In this document: in pieces, positions 1-10,579 of the stretch
How positions within the stretch are numbered: position 1 is the first letter of the stretch
How the letters are laid out: every line of letters begins with the position of its first letter
Origin: Planctomycetota bacterium
GTDB taxonomy: Bacteria > Planctomycetota > GCA-002687715 > CAIWVZ01
Assembly: GCA_044222185.1 (NCBI GenBank)
Contig: JBGANV010000001.1
Coordinates: 1,472,001-1,536,000 of the forward strand
Reading direction: 5' to 3'
DNA length: 64,000 nucleotides
Notes under the pieces: model-generated
Databases searched by the model: none
Told to the model about the DNA's origin: nothing
Seen by the model: the letters and a program-made list of their open reading frames with translations, nothing else
Made by a program: the position numbers and the translations under genes

Positions 1-123
1 GTCACCCCGCACGATCGTGTTGAACCAGATCGAGGCTTCGGCTGCGACGGTGACGTCACCGAGAATCGTGCAGTTGTCGGCGAAGTAGGCGCCGTCCTTC
101 TCGATCAGGTGCGGAATCCGCAT
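1..123 (-). CDS. gamma-class carbonic anhydrase/YrdA-like hexapeptide protein, 5' part (runs off window)
   Basis: Manual translation from ATG at 123: MRIPHLIEKDGAYFADNCTILGDVTVAAEASIWFNTIVRGD, matching the family's xGDVxxxxxxSIWFxxxxRGD motif. Confidence 0.85.
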   Translation of the reverse strand, partial: MRIPHLIEKDGAYFADNCTILGDVTVAAEASIWFNTIVRGD

Positions 124-147
124 GAGGTGAGCCGTCCTTTGGAGCCG

Positions 148-966
148 TCAGGTATCGAGCGAAGCGAGCCAGCGCCTGCCGACCGTCTCCCATGCGATCA
201 CGACGAGGTTGTGGAGCCCGTGAACGAGGATCACGAGCCGCAACGAACCAGAGCGTGCGTAGAGCCAGCCGAGAAACACGGCCAGGGTGAAGACGGGCAG
301 GAGCGTGAACCACTCGTGGAGCAGCGAGAACGCCGCCGAGGCCACCCCGATCGCGAGGAAACGAGCCGACGCGGCATCGCGCGACCGAGCGAAGATCGCC
401 TCGAGGCCGTTCTGCATCATCCCGCGAAAGAGAGTCTCCTCGTAGATCGGAACTGCGATCACCACGGTCGCGACGAGCACCCAGAACTGGGGAGTCCCCG
501 GCGCGGAGAGCAACTCGGAGAGCGGCTGCTGAACGGCGTCGGTGCCCTCGGGCAGGGAGCGTTGGTTCACCCAGTGAACGGCAACCACGATCGGGAGGAA
601 CGACGCATAGGCGAGCGCCGCCAGCCCGGCCGTGCGAGCGAGCGGCGGCGCGCGAAGCCCGAGCGAATCACGCCCCGGCGTCAGCTGTCGGACGAAGGCG
701 ACGAGGAACGCGGCGGCGATCACGTGCGTGACGAGTTTCGACGCCGACCAGCCGACGCCTCCGACCGGCCGCGCCATGGCCCAATCCAACACCGCGAACA
801 CGAAGAACCCCAGGACCGCCCCCAGGATGACGCGGGCCCCCTGCGAGTCGGTGAAGCCCGTCGCCTCCAGGCGCGGACCGACGAGGCGCCGGAGGGCGAT
901 GAACCCCGCGACCATGACGGCGACGCCGACGAAGCATCCCGCGAGGACGACCCGGTCCACCGTCAT
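148..966 (-). CDS. CPBP (Abi/CAAX) intramembrane metalloprotease
   Basis: Multiple TM segments; [15 protein letters not shown] and HGLHN motifs; ATG at 966 overlaps the thiG stop (ATGA). Confidence 0.88.
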   Translation of the reverse strand: MTVDRVVLAGCFVGVAVMVAGFIALRRLVGPRLEATGFTDSQGARVILGAVLGFFVFAVLDWAMARPVGGVGWSASKLVTHVIAAAFLVAFVRQLTPGRDSLGLRAPPLARTAGLAALAYASFLPIVVAVHWVNQRSLPEGTDAVQQPLSELLSAPGTPQFWVLVATVVIAVPIYEETLFRGMMQNGLEAIFARSRDAASARFLAIGVASAAFSLLHEWFTLLPVFTLAVFLGWLYARSGSLRLVILVHGLHNLVVIAWETVGRRWLASLDT

Positions 967-1757
967 GGGCCCGGCTTCCCAACGACCCCCTCGACCGGCG
1001 ACGACGCCGACCCGTACGGCTTCCGCGGAATCCGCCCGGATAGAAACGCGTCGTGTCCGGCCTCGCATGCGAGCCGCATGGCGCGCGCCATGCGAACCGG
1101 GTCCTTCGCCAGCGCGACGCCCGTGTTCAACAGCACGCCGTCGACGCCAAGTTCCATGGCGATCGCCACGTCCGACGCGGTGCCGACTCCGGCGTCCACG
1201 ATCACGGGGACGGTCGTCGGGCGCAGTTCCTCGATGAATCGGATGGCGAGCGGGTTCAGCACGCCCATCCCCGAGCCGATCGGCGAGCCCGCCGGCATGA
1301 TCGCCGCAGCCCCCGCATCGCACAGGCGCCGCGCGAGGATCGGGTCGTCGGAGGTATACACCATCACGGTGAACCCCTCGCGCGCGAGTTGGCGCGTCGC
1401 TTCGAGCGTCCCCACGGGATCGGGCAGCAGCGTGCGCTCGTCACCGAGGACTTCGAGCTTCACCAGGTCGGTGCCCAGAGCTTCCCGCCCCAAGCGCGCC
1501 GTCCGCGTGGCGAGATCCGCGTCGTAGCAACCCGCCGTGTTCGGAAGCAGCGCGATACGCCTGCGGTCGATGAAGTCGAGCAACGTCGGACCAGACTTCC
1601 CGGTGAGATCGACGCGCCGCACGGCGATCGTCACGAGGTCGACGCCGCCCGCCTCGTGGCACGCTCGCATCTCTTCGTTGGTGCGGTACTTCCCCGTTCC
1701 GAGGATCAGGCGCGATCGGAACCGGTGCGCGCCGACAGATAGGGCGAACTCGGACAT
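963..1757 (-). CDS. thiG: thiazole synthase
   Basis: [34 protein letters not shown] motifs; start set at MSEFAL. Confidence 0.97.
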   Translation of the reverse strand: MSEFALSVGAHRFRSRLILGTGKYRTNEEMRACHEAGGVDLVTIAVRRVDLTGKSGPTLLDFIDRRRIALLPNTAGCYDADLATRTARLGREALGTDLVKLEVLGDERTLLPDPVGTLEATRQLAREGFTVMVYTSDDPILARRLCDAGAAAIMPAGSPIGSGMGVLNPLAIRFIEELRPTTVPVIVDAGVGTASDVAIAMELGVDGVLLNTGVALAKDPVRMARAMRLACEAGHDAFLSGRIPRKPYGSASSPVEGVVGKPGP

Positions 1758-1758
1758 T

Positions 1759-1959
1759 TCAGCCTCCACCCACGAACGAGACGATCTCGACTTCGTCGCC
1801 CTCGCGCAGGGCGCGCGTGGCGAACTCGGCGCGCGGCACGACCTCGCGGTTGACCTCGACGGCGACGAGTCTTCGCACGAGGTCGAGCGTCTCGAGGAGT
1901 TGCGAGACGCTCAACTCGCCGGCCAGGTCGCGTCCTTCACCATTGACCACCAGTCTCAC
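1759..1959 (-). CDS. thiS: sulfur carrier protein ThiS
   Basis: 66 aa; [12 protein letters not shown] and C-terminal EIVSFVGGG; directly upstream of thiG. Confidence 0.97.
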   Translation of the reverse strand: MRLVVNGEGRDLAGELSVSQLLETLDLVRRLVAVEVNREVVPRAEFATRALREGDEVEIVSFVGGG

Positions 1960-3407
1960 GACGCGACTCCGTCGTGGGGCGCTGGCTCGTGCGTCGAATC
2001 ATCGTCCGCCGCGGGCACCGGCCCCTTGCGGATCTGCTCGACGCGATACTGGAGCGCGCGCCGCGTCAGCCCGAGCACACGTGCCGTACGGGAGAGGTTG
2101 CCTCCGCACCGCGCGAGGGCGCCCAGGATGATGTCCCGCTCGAGCTGATCGAGCGTGAGGTCGGTGTCGAACAACGTGTCGAGGGTCGACGACACCGTAC
2201 CGGCGGGCTTGCCGCCGCTGAGCACGACGTCCGCCGCCTCGATCTGCTCCCCGGGGGCGAGGACGACCGCGCGCTCGATGCAATTCTCCAACTCGCGAAC
2301 GTTGCCCGGCCACGAATAGGTCAGCAGCCTGTCGAGCGCGGCGCGGCTGAGCCCGCTGAAATGGCGGCCGTTCTGCTCGCAGAACCGAGTGAGGAAGTGC
2401 TGCGCGAGGACGGGCACGTCCTCCGCTCGCTCGCGAAGCGGCGGCATGACGATGGGGATGACGTTCAGCCGGTAGTAGAGGTCCTCCCGGAAGCGGCCCT
2501 CGCGGACCATCTCGGCGAGGTCGCGGTTCGTGGCCGCGAGCACCCGCACGTCCACTTGCTTCACGGCGTTCGACCCCAACGGCTCGATCTCGCGCTCCTG
2601 GAGCACGCGCAAGAGCTTGGGCTGGAGGTGCAGCGGGAGCTCACCGATCTCGTCCAGGAAGATCGTGCCTCCGTGGGCGGCCTCGAACTTGCCCTTGCGC
2701 TCACCGATGGCGCCAGTGAATGCCCCGCGCAGGTGGCCGAACAACTCGTCCTCGAGGAGGTTGTCCGGCATCGCGGCGCAGTTGACCTTCACGTAGGGTC
2801 CGTTCCGCCGCGGGCTCCGCACGTGGATGGTCCGCGCGACGAGTTCCTTGCCCGTGCCGGATTCGCCCATGATGAGTACGGTCGAGTGACTGTGGGCGAC
2901 CTGCTCGACCGCCGCCATCACGTCACGGATCCGCTTCGAGACTCCGATGACGGAGACTCGGTCTTGGAGGGCATCGACGGCCTCTCGCAGCCGCGTGTTC
3001 TCGTCCTCCAGCGACCGGAGGCGCATGGCCTTGCGGAGCTTCAGCACGAGTTCGTCGGTGTCTACGGGCTTCGTCACGAAGTCGAACACGCCGCGCCGCA
3101 TGGCCTCGACCGCCGTCTCGAGCGTGCCGAACGCCGTCGTGATGATGAACAGCGTCTCGCGTCGGATCTTCGTCACCTGCTCGTAGAGCTCGAGCCCGGT
3201 CATGCCCGGCATGCGGAAATCGGAGATGACGACCTCCGGGCGGAATCGGCGCACTTCTGCGAGGGCCTCGTTCGGAGAGAACACGGCGCGCGCGTCGAAG
3301 CCCTCGCCGGCGAGTACGTCGGCGAGAAGGCCCGCTTGGACGCGTTCGTCGTCCACGACGAGGACGCGAGGCTTGGAAGCAACCTGGCCCGCAGCGGCGG
3401 AAGTCAT
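1956..3407 (-). CDS. sigma54-dependent response regulator (NtrC family: REC-AAA+-Fis HTH)
   Basis: VLVVDDE receiver, GESGTGKE Walker [23 protein letters not shown]-terminal HTH. Confidence 0.96.
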   Translation of the reverse strand: MTSAAAGQVASKPRVLVVDDERVQAGLLADVLAGEGFDARAVFSPNEALAEVRRFRPEVVISDFRMPGMTGLELYEQVTKIRRETLFIITTAFGTLETAVEAMRRGVFDFVTKPVDTDELVLKLRKAMRLRSLEDENTRLREAVDALQDRVSVIGVSKRIRDVMAAVEQVAHSHSTVLIMGESGTGKELVARTIHVRSPRRNGPYVKVNCAAMPDNLLEDELFGHLRGAFTGAIGERKGKFEAAHGGTIFLDEIGELPLHLQPKLLRVLQEREIEPLGSNAVKQVDVRVLAATNRDLAEMVREGRFREDLYYRLNVIPIVMPPLRERAEDVPVLAQHFLTRFCEQNGRHFSGLSRAALDRLLTYSWPGNVRELENCIERAVVLAPGEQIEAADVVLSGGKPAGTVSSTLDTLFDTDLTLDQLERDIILGALARCGGNLSRTARVLGLTRRALQYRVEQIRKGPVPAADDDSTHEPAPHDGVAS

Positions 3408-3414
3408 CGAGCGG

Positions 3415-3423
3415 AGTGTATCA
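3415..3423 (-). promoter_or_regulatory. extended -10 (TGaTACACT) 7 nt before the response regulator ATG; probable leaderless promoter
   Basis: Minus strand reads gTGaTACACTccgctcgATG; no SD. Confidence 0.55.
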
Positions 3424-3432
3424 CCCGTGCCG

Positions 3433-4755
3433 TCAGACGAAGCTACGCGGGAGCGTGATCGTCACGACGCATCCGCCACCTTGGGCCGAGGCCGCGTCCA
3501 CGACGCCTCCGTGGCAGTCGACGTACGTCTTCGCGATGGTCAGCCCCAACCCGAGCGCGTGATCTCGCGCCGAGTAGTACGGCTCGAAGATGGAGCGTAG
3601 CCGTGCCTCGTCGAGGACTTCCCCCGTGTCGCGGATCGCGAGCCAGAGTTCGCTGCGCTTGCCCTGCAGCCTCACCGTGATCGCCCCGCCCGTCGTCCCC
3701 GTCATCGCATCGACGGCGTTCTGCAGCGTCGCGCTGACCACCTGGGCGATCTTCTCCCGATCGCCGCGCATGGTCGTCTGCCCGGAATGTTGCCAATCGA
3801 GGCGGATTCCCATGTCGGCCAGGAGCGGCGCGAACGACGCGAGGACCGTGTCGACCACCTCCTTCAAGTCGAAGGTGGTGACGGTGAGGTCACCCAGCCG
3901 TGCAAAACGGACGAAGTTGTCCACGACCTTCTTGATCTTCCCGATCTCTCCGTAGACACGTTCGAAATCGCGCGTGCGCATCCGGGCCTCGCCCACCTGC
4001 TCCTTCATCGCGCGTTCGATCAGTTGGACGGAGAGGTTCACCGAGTTCAGCGGATTGCGGAGCTCGTGGGCGATTCCGCCCGCGACTTCGCCGATCGCTT
4101 TCAGTCGCACACCCCGCTCCCGCTCTCGATGCGCCGACAGGACGCCCCGGCGGCTCACGAGGAATGCCAGGACGGCCAGCATGTAGATGACGAGGCCGAC
4201 GATGATGGTTCCTTCACGCAGGCGGCGCAGGAACGAGTCTTCGAGCCCGACGATGGCGGCGAACTGGAGGTGGACGTTCACCTTCGCGGCCTGGCTTCGA
4301 TCCACTCCGGTCGGCGGGACGACGAATGCGGCGACGGCACGCCGGTGGTCCGGCGCACCGGGCCCGAGGACGACGCGGATTCCGGCTCCGCCGGGCTCGA
4401 CGAACGGCACATCGGCAAGCTTGTAGTTGCCGATGACGGCGGCGGGCTGGCCGTCGGGAAGCCGGACCACGACCCCCACGAGATATGGAAGGGCGCGGAA
4501 GGCCTCCTCGAGCGGACTGTCGAGCTGGCTCCAGGTTTCCGCGCTGTCGGGCCTTCGTCCCTCGAGCGCGACCGTGAGTTTCTCCTGGTAGGCAGTCCCC
4601 GCATGGACGGCGCGCGCCCCGAAATTCACCTCGACAAGCTCGGCGACGGCGTCTCCGCTCCAGACGACGAAGTAGCTGAGGAGCACGCCACCAGCGATTG
4701 CAACCGCGATCGTGGCCCAGGCAAAGCGTCGGTGCGGATCGGGGGGGCGGTTCAT
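3433..4755 (-). CDS. membrane sensor histidine kinase
   Basis: Two TM helices, AHELRNPL H-box, NAVDA N-box, IFEPY and LGLGL G2 box; upstream of the response regulator. Confidence 0.93.
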   Translation of the reverse strand: MNRPPDPHRRFAWATIAVAIAGGVLLSYFVVWSGDAVAELVEVNFGARAVHAGTAYQEKLTVALEGRRPDSAETWSQLDSPLEEAFRALPYLVGVVVRLPDGQPAAVIGNYKLADVPFVEPGGAGIRVVLGPGAPDHRRAVAAFVVPPTGVDRSQAAKVNVHLQFAAIVGLEDSFLRRLREGTIIVGLVIYMLAVLAFLVSRRGVLSAHRERERGVRLKAIGEVAGGIAHELRNPLNSVNLSVQLIERAMKEQVGEARMRTRDFERVYGEIGKIKKVVDNFVRFARLGDLTVTTFDLKEVVDTVLASFAPLLADMGIRLDWQHSGQTTMRGDREKIAQVVSATLQNAVDAMTGTTGGAITVRLQGKRSELWLAIRDTGEVLDEARLRSIFEPYYSARDHALGLGLTIAKTYVDCHGGVVDAASAQGGGCVVTITLPRSFV

Positions 4756-4841
4756 CTGAAAGGGCGAAACGAAGGCCGGAATCCGGTGGTGCGCGACCTT
4801 CTGGCGTGGTCGACGGCGTGATTCAACGCCCGCGCGCCGCC

Positions 4842-4869
4842 TTGACGACGCGCGACAGCTGAGTAATCT
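4842..4869 (+). promoter_or_regulatory. sigma70-type promoter of the nusA operon
   Basis: TTGACG-N16-TAATCT. Confidence 0.55.
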
Positions 4870-4918
4870 ACCGTCGCTTCAACAGGTTGTGCGCCCGGAT
4901 CATTCCGAGCGGGGCCGG

Positions 4919-4947
4919 AAAGTGGGGTTACCCACTTTATTTTTTTT
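4919..4947 (+). promoter_or_regulatory. rimP-leader-like attenuator hairpin upstream of nusA
   Basis: AAAGTGGG-GTTA-CCCACTTT followed by ATTTTTTTT, between the promoter and nusA. Confidence 0.7.
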
Positions 4948-5016
4948 CGCGCGGCATCGGGTCGTGCGGCGGCCACGCCCGACCGAACCGGCAGCGACAC
5001 TTCCGAGGGACGCACC

Positions 5017-6117
5017 ATGGCCGGGAATCCCGAACTGCTCCGACTCGTGGACATGATCCATCGAGAGAAGGACATTTCGCCCGAGGTTCTGTTCGAGGCC
5101 CTGGAGTCGGCGGTCGCCGCTGCGGTCCACAAGCGGTACTCAGACCTCGACGAGGTCCGCGTCACGATCGATCGTCGAAGTGGCGAGATCCGCGGTTTCC
5201 GCAACGGCGTCGAAGTCCCTTCGCCGGAACTCGGCCGAATCGCAGCACAGACCGCAAAGCAAGTCATTATCCAGAAGATCCGCGAAGCGGAGCAGAACGC
5301 GATCCTCGGCGAATACGAGGCGCGCCGGCGCGAACTCGTGACCGGAACGATCATTCGGTTCGAGCGCGACGACGTCATCGTGACGGTCGGGAACGGCGAA
5401 GCCGTGCTCCCCCGCAGCGAGCGGGTGCGCGGCGAGAACTATCACATCGGAGATCGCATCCGCGCCATCATCACCGACGTGCGAAAGGTCGGTTCGCGGG
5501 TTCGGATCGTGTTGTCGCGGACTCACCCGGACCTCATCCGGCGGCTCTTCGAACTCGAAGTGCCGGAGATCGCTGACGGAATCATCGAGATCAAGCATCT
5601 GGCGCGAGAGCCTGGCTATCGCACCAAGATCGCGGTCTCGTCGAACGACGCGAAGATCGACTGCCTCGGAGCTTGTGTCGGCGTCCGCGGAAGCCGCATC
5701 CGCAACGTCATCGACGAGCTCAACAACGAGAAGGTCGACATCATCCGCTGGAACGACTCGGCGGAGGTTCTCATCATGAACGCCCTCAAGCCGGCGGAGA
5801 TCCAGAGCATCACTCTGTACGACGACACCGGCAAGGCCGAAGTGGTCGTCGCGGACGATCAGCTCTCGCTCGCGATCGGCAAGAAGGGGCAGAATGTCCG
5901 CCTGGCAGCCAAGCTGACGGGTTGGGACATCAACATCGTGTCGGCGTCGGATGCTTCGGTGCAGGCCTCGGCAGCAGCAGGCGAGGGCGGCGATGCTGCG
6001 CTGAGTCCGGCGGATGAAGCGGATGGTGCGTCCACCGACGAGGCTCCCGCGGGTGAGGAACCCGCGGCCGAGCCGCCGTCTGGTGATGTCGAGTCCGGGT
6101 CCACGCCCGCCGCCTGA
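5017..6117 (+). CDS. nusA: transcription termination/antitermination factor NusA
   Basis: GRIAAQTAKQVIIQKIREAE, S1 and KH domains, LSLAIGKKGQNVRLA; acidic low-complexity tail. Confidence 0.98.
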   Translation: MAGNPELLRLVDMIHREKDISPEVLFEALESAVAAAVHKRYSDLDEVRVTIDRRSGEIRGFRNGVEVPSPELGRIAAQTAKQVIIQKIREAEQNAILGEYEARRRELVTGTIIRFERDDVIVTVGNGEAVLPRSERVRGENYHIGDRIRAIITDVRKVGSRVRIVLSRTHPDLIRRLFELEVPEIADGIIEIKHLAREPGYRTKIAVSSNDAKIDCLGACVGVRGSRIRNVIDELNNEKVDIIRWNDSAEVLIMNALKPAEIQSITLYDDTGKAEVVVADDQLSLAIGKKGQNVRLAAKLTGWDINIVSASDASVQASAAAGEGGDAALSPADEADGASTDEAPAGEEPAAEPPSGDVESGSTPAA

Positions 6118-6185
6118 CCGGCGGGGTGCTGGCAATTCGAAAGGTTGAGTGCGGGAGGTCCCGCCTCGGAACGCAGCAGGAGCCT

Positions 6186-8981
6186 ATGCCGAAGATCAGG
6201 GTGCACCAGCTCGCCAAAGAGCTCGACATCGACTCGAAGGTCGTGATGGACATCGCGTACAAGCACGGCATCGAGGTGAAGAACCACATGTCGGCGCTCG
6301 ACACGAGCGACGAGTTCATGCTGCGTGCCTACCTGGAGAATCTACGGCCGAAGAAGCAGGCTCCGCCCCCTCCTCCAGAGGTGAAATCGATCGAGGCCGT
6401 GCTCACCGAGTCCCTGACATCGCTCGCCGGCGGCTCGCGGGACGACGGCGCCGGCACCGCAGTGGAGACTCGCCCCCAGGAGGCGCGTCCTGAGCGGCCC
6501 GTGGCGCGCGAGATCCGCGTGGTCCGGCCAGCCGCCTCGGCGCCGGCACCGGCGCCCGCCCCGGCCGAGGCCGAGGTGGAGGAGGTCGTCGAGCCGGAAC
6601 CGGCGGTCGCCGAGACCGTCGCCGAGCCCGCTGGGTGGGAAGAGCCCACCGTCGTCGACGAGCCCACGCCGCCGGTCGCCGCCCCCACCGAGGTGCCTCC
6701 GCACACGCCCGCCGCACCGCCGCCTCCCCCACCCCGCGCTCCTGCCCGCAGCGTCGTCGCCCGGCCGGCGGGTTCCCCCGTACAAGGCGAACCGGCCCGC
6801 CCGGCAGCCGCGTCGACCGAAGTCCCGACACGAGTCGTCACGCCGCCGCGGACCGTCACCGCAACGCCGGCACGGCCCGGCGACCCCAAGGTCGTCTCTC
6901 GAGAAGTCCCGACCCAGCGTCGCACGGGAGAGATCCTCGGTCGCCGCGAGCTTCCGCCGCCGCGCCCGCCGGCGGAAACGAGCGCCCCAGGCCGAAGCCA
7001 GGCCGGCGCAGGCGGCTCGGGGCTGATCGTCTCGCGCCAGGAAGGCTCGAAGCGCACGTTCATCATGACCGGCCGAGGCCGGCCACCGCAGCGATCCGGC
7101 GGCCCCGGCGGCCCACCGACGCAGCAGCGTCCCGGAACTCGCGGACCGGGCGGCCCCGGCGGTCGTGGCCCCGCGTCCCGGCAGGGCGAAGGCCCTCAAG
7201 AACCAGTCGGTCCGCGGAAGCTCGAAATCCAGATGCCCGTGACGGTCAAGGCGCTTTCCGAAGCGCTGGGCGTCAAGGCCAACGTGCTGATCCAGAAACT
7301 GTTCATGGATCACAGCATCGCCGCCAAGATCAACGACCAGTTGACCCAGGAGACGGTCGAGCTGCTGGGCATCGAGTTCAACTGCGAGATCAAGACGAAG
7401 GAGGCGGCGGACGTCGAGACGGAAGCCCTCCGCAAGCTCGAGTCCGATTGGGTCGACAGCCCGACAGATCTGATGGTCCGTGCACCGATCGTCACGTTCC
7501 TCGGCCACGTCGACCACGGCAAGACGTCGCTCCTCGACGCAATCCGTCGCACGAACATCGCGGCGAAGGAGCACGGTGGAATCACGCAGCACATCGGTGC
7601 GAGCCTCGTCCAGGTCGGACCGGGCAAGGCCGTCGTGTTCCTCGACACGCCGGGTCACAAGGCGTTCACGGAGATGCGTGCTCGCGGTGCCAACATCACG
7701 GACGTCGTCGTCCTCGTCGTCGCCGCCGACGACGGCGTGATGCCGCAGACGAAGGAAGCCATCGCCCACGCGAAGGCCGCGAAGGTGCCGATCGTCGTGG
7801 CGGTCAACAAGTGCGACCTCCCGGCGGCGAACCCACAGCGCGTCAGGCAGGAACTCACGAACGAAGGGCTCCAGCCCGAAGAGTGGGGCGGCACCACGTT
7901 CTTCGCAGACGTCTCGGCCCTCACCGGCAAGGGGCTTCCGGCACTCCTGGAGCGCCTGGCACTCGAGAGCGAGATGCTCGAGTTGCGCGCCAACCCCAAG
8001 CGCCCTGCAAGCGGAACCGTCATCGAAGCCGAGCAGAGCCGGGGCGAGGGCAACACGGCCCGGATCCTCATCGTCAACGGCACGCTCAAGAAGGGCGACG
8101 TCTTCGTTTGCGGTATCGCACACGGCCGCGTTCGCGCCCTGAAGAACGATACCGGCAGGTTCATCGCCGAGGCCGGCCCGGCGACCCCGATCGAGATCGC
8201 GGGCCTGAACGAGCTGCCGCGCGCCGGCGACAAGTTCTACGTCCTGGACGACGTCGCGAAGGCGAAAGAGATCGCGGACAAGCGCATGCAGCAGCTGCGT
8301 GAGCGTGAGCTCGCGCGCCAGGCCCACGTCTCCCTCGAGAAGCTGTTCGAGAAGCTCAAGGGCGACTCGCTCAAGATCATCCTCAAGACGGACGTGGACG
8401 GATCCCTCGAAGTGCTCAAGAAGGAGATCAAGGACCTCGCCCACCCGGAAATCCGGCCCGAGGTCATCCATGCCGCCGTCGGTGGGATCACGGAAACGGA
8501 CGTGGCGCTCGCCGATGCCTCGGATGCCATCATCCTCGGCTTCCACGTCTCCGCCGACCTCGCCTCTCGCCGCCTCGCGGAGGAGAAGAAGGTCGAGATC
8601 CGCATCTACCACATCATCTACAAGCTGGTGGAAGAGCTGAAGCTCGCCCTCGAAGGCCGGCTGCGCCCCGAAGAGAAGGAGAACATCACGGGTCGCGCCG
8701 AGGTGCGGCAGACGTGGAAGGTCTCCAAGATCGGGACGATCGCCGGCTGCTTCGTCGTCGATGGCACGATCAAGCGCGCGAGCAAGCTGCGCGTGTCGCG
8801 CGGCGGCATCGTCGTGCACGACGGCGAGATGGGATCGTTGCGCCGCCTGAAGGACGACGTCCGCGAAGTCACGCAAGGGTTCGAGTGTGGCATCGTCGTC
8901 GCCAAGTTCGACAACATCGAGGTCGGCGACACGATCGAGGCCTACGAGATCGAACAGATCCGCCGCACGCTGGACGGGTGA
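6186..8981 (+). CDS. infB: translation initiation factor IF-2
   Basis: N-terminal [28 protein letters not shown]; SD CAGGAG before ATG 6186; long Pro/Ala-rich linker. Confidence 0.98.
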   Translation: MPKIRVHQLAKELDIDSKVVMDIAYKHGIEVKNHMSALDTSDEFMLRAYLENLRPKKQAPPPPPEVKSIEAVLTESLTSLAGGSRDDGAGTAVETRPQEARPERPVAREIRVVRPAASAPAPAPAPAEAEVEEVVEPEPAVAETVAEPAGWEEPTVVDEPTPPVAAPTEVPPHTPAAPPPPPPRAPARSVVARPAGSPVQGEPARPAAASTEVPTRVVTPPRTVTATPARPGDPKVVSREVPTQRRTGEILGRRELPPPRPPAETSAPGRSQAGAGGSGLIVSRQEGSKRTFIMTGRGRPPQRSGGPGGPPTQQRPGTRGPGGPGGRGPASRQGEGPQEPVGPRKLEIQMPVTVKALSEALGVKANVLIQKLFMDHSIAAKINDQLTQETVELLGIEFNCEIKTKEAADVETEALRKLESDWVDSPTDLMVRAPIVTFLGHVDHGKTSLLDAIRRTNIAAKEHGGITQHIGASLVQVGPGKAVVFLDTPGHKAFTEMRARGANITDVVVLVVAADDGVMPQTKEAIAHAKAAKVPIVVAVNKCDLPAANPQRVRQELTNEGLQPEEWGGTTFFADVSALTGKGLPALLERLALESEMLELRANPKRPASGTVIEAEQSRGEGNTARILIVNGTLKKGDVFVCGIAHGRVRALKNDTGRFIAEAGPATPIEIAGLNELPRAGDKFYVLDDVAKAKEIADKRMQQLRERELARQAHVSLEKLFEKLKGDSLKIILKTDVDGSLEVLKKEIKDLAHPEIRPEVIHAAVGGITETDVALADASDAIILGFHVSADLASRRLAEEKKVEIRIYHIIYKLVEELKLALEGRLRPEEKENITGRAEVRQTWKVSKIGTIAGCFVVDGTIKRASKLRVSRGGIVVHDGEMGSLRRLKDDVREVTQGFECGIVVAKFDNIEVGDTIEAYEIEQIRRTLDG

Positions 8982-9048
8982 TCGGAGTGGCTGCCCGAGC
9001 CCCGGCCTGGCCGTAACGCCAGCCGGGGCGACGGTCACGCGTGACACC

Positions 9049-9465
9049 ATGACCAACCCGCGCATCGCACGTCTTCAGGAGCTCATCCACGAGAAGATCG
9101 CCACCATGCTGTTGCGCGATCTCCAGGATCCGCGGTTGCAGCTGACCACGATCTCGAAGGTCGTGCTGTCGCCGGACGTGGAGTTCTGCAAGGTGTACTG
9201 GTCGACGCTGAAGGAAGGCGGCGCCAGGAGCGCGACGGAGTTCGCCCTCAGCTCTGCGCGCGCCTACATCCAGCGCGAAGTCGCCAGGACGCTCCGCACG
9301 CGGAAAGCCCCGCACCTGGAGTTCCATTACGATCCGTCCGTCGCTGGCGCGGCACGGATCCAGGAGCTGATTCGCAAGGTCCGCGCCGAGGACGACGCTC
9401 GCCACCGCCCGGCGGCCGATGCGGCCCCGCCTGCGGGCAATGCCCCCGAGAAGACCGACGCATGA
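9049..9465 (+). CDS. rbfA: ribosome-binding factor A
   Basis: DPRL and RKAPHLEFHYDPS motifs; follows infB. Confidence 0.93.
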   Translation: MTNPRIARLQELIHEKIATMLLRDLQDPRLQLTTISKVVLSPDVEFCKVYWSTLKEGGARSATEFALSSARAYIQREVARTLRTRKAPHLEFHYDPSVAGAARIQELIRKVRAEDDARHRPAADAAPPAGNAPEKTDA

Positions 9466-10532
9466 GCTCCCGGGAGGGCTTCGAGAACATCGGGATCATC
9501 CGACTCTCGTCGGTGGGCGACGTCATCATGGCGCTTCCCGCACTCGAAGCGCTGAAGCGGCGGCACCCCAACGCGCGGATCTCGTGGGTCGTGGAGAGCC
9601 GCGCGAAGAACATCCTCGAGGGGCATCCGCTCATCGACGAGTTGATCGAGTTCCCCAGGACACGCTGGCGGAACATGTGGAAGGAGCGGTTCGGCGTGCT
9701 CAGGAGCATCCCGGACATCGCACGCTTCTACCGCCTCCTCCGCTCGAAGAAGTTCGATCTCACGATCGACTTCCAAGGCAACCTCAAGAGCGCGGCGTGC
9801 ACGGTCTTCGCCGGAGCGCCGGTGAAGATCGGCTATGCGCATGAGGAGTGCCGCGAGCCGAATTGGCTCTTCACGAACAGGCGGCTCTCGGTCAGCGGCA
9901 ACGCGTTCCACCGCGTACATCGCGACCTCCTCCTCGCCGGTCTCGCGGACGCGCCGTTCGAATACACGCAGCCCCAGATCCACTACGCGGAGGCGGACAA
10001 GCTCGTAGCCGAGGAGTTCTTCGCGGCGCTGCCGGCGGGCGGCCCCATCGTCCTGATGCACCCGGGCACCAGCGACTTCATGCCGCACAAGCGGTGGCCC
10101 CTCCCCGACTATGCGGAGTTGGGCAAGCGCCTGGAGCGCGAGGTCGGAGCGCGCGTGATCGTGACGTGGGGCCCCGGCGAGGACGCGATGGCCTCGGCGC
10201 TCCGCGACCTCTCCGATGGGACGTTCACCGTCGCCCCGAAGACTCCGTCCATGAAGAGCCTCGGGTGGTTCCTGCGCAAGGCACGCCTCGTCATCGGGGG
10301 CGACACGGGCCCGGTCCACCTGGCCGTCATGCAGGGAATCGACGCCATCGTGATCCTGGGACCTGGCGATCCGCGGCACTACTACCCGCTCGGACACCCT
10401 GAGCGCGCGTTCTATCGCCGCGTCCCGTGTTCGCCATGCCGCAACCGCAGCTGCAAGGATCTCGTCTGTCTGACGGAGATCCGGCCCGCGGCAATCGGCG
10501 ACCGATGCCTCGAGATCCTCGGCGCGAGCTGA
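9462..10532 (+). CDS. glycosyltransferase family 9 (LPS heptosyltransferase-like)
   Basis: IIRLSSVGDVI, IDFQG, KRWP, GGDTGPVHLA. Confidence 0.93.
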   Translation: MSSREGFENIGIIRLSSVGDVIMALPALEALKRRHPNARISWVVESRAKNILEGHPLIDELIEFPRTRWRNMWKERFGVLRSIPDIARFYRLLRSKKFDLTIDFQGNLKSAACTVFAGAPVKIGYAHEECREPNWLFTNRRLSVSGNAFHRVHRDLLLAGLADAPFEYTQPQIHYAEADKLVAEEFFAALPAGGPIVLMHPGTSDFMPHKRWPLPDYAELGKRLEREVGARVIVTWGPGEDAMASALRDLSDGTFTVAPKTPSMKSLGWFLRKARLVIGGDTGPVHLAVMQGIDAIVILGPGDPRHYYPLGHPERAFYRRVPCSPCRNRSCKDLVCLTEIRPAAIGDRCLEILGAS

Positions 10533-10579
10533 ACCGCGCCGCGCGGCCGTCGCCAGACGTGCGTGATAAGCTCGGTGCC

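Noticed and set aside
6342-9065. Long antisense and alternative-frame ORFs (e.g. 907 aa here, 11463..14009, 29296..32061)
   Set aside because: Shadow ORFs of high-GC codon usage overlapping clear genes; Arg/Pro-rich with no motifs.
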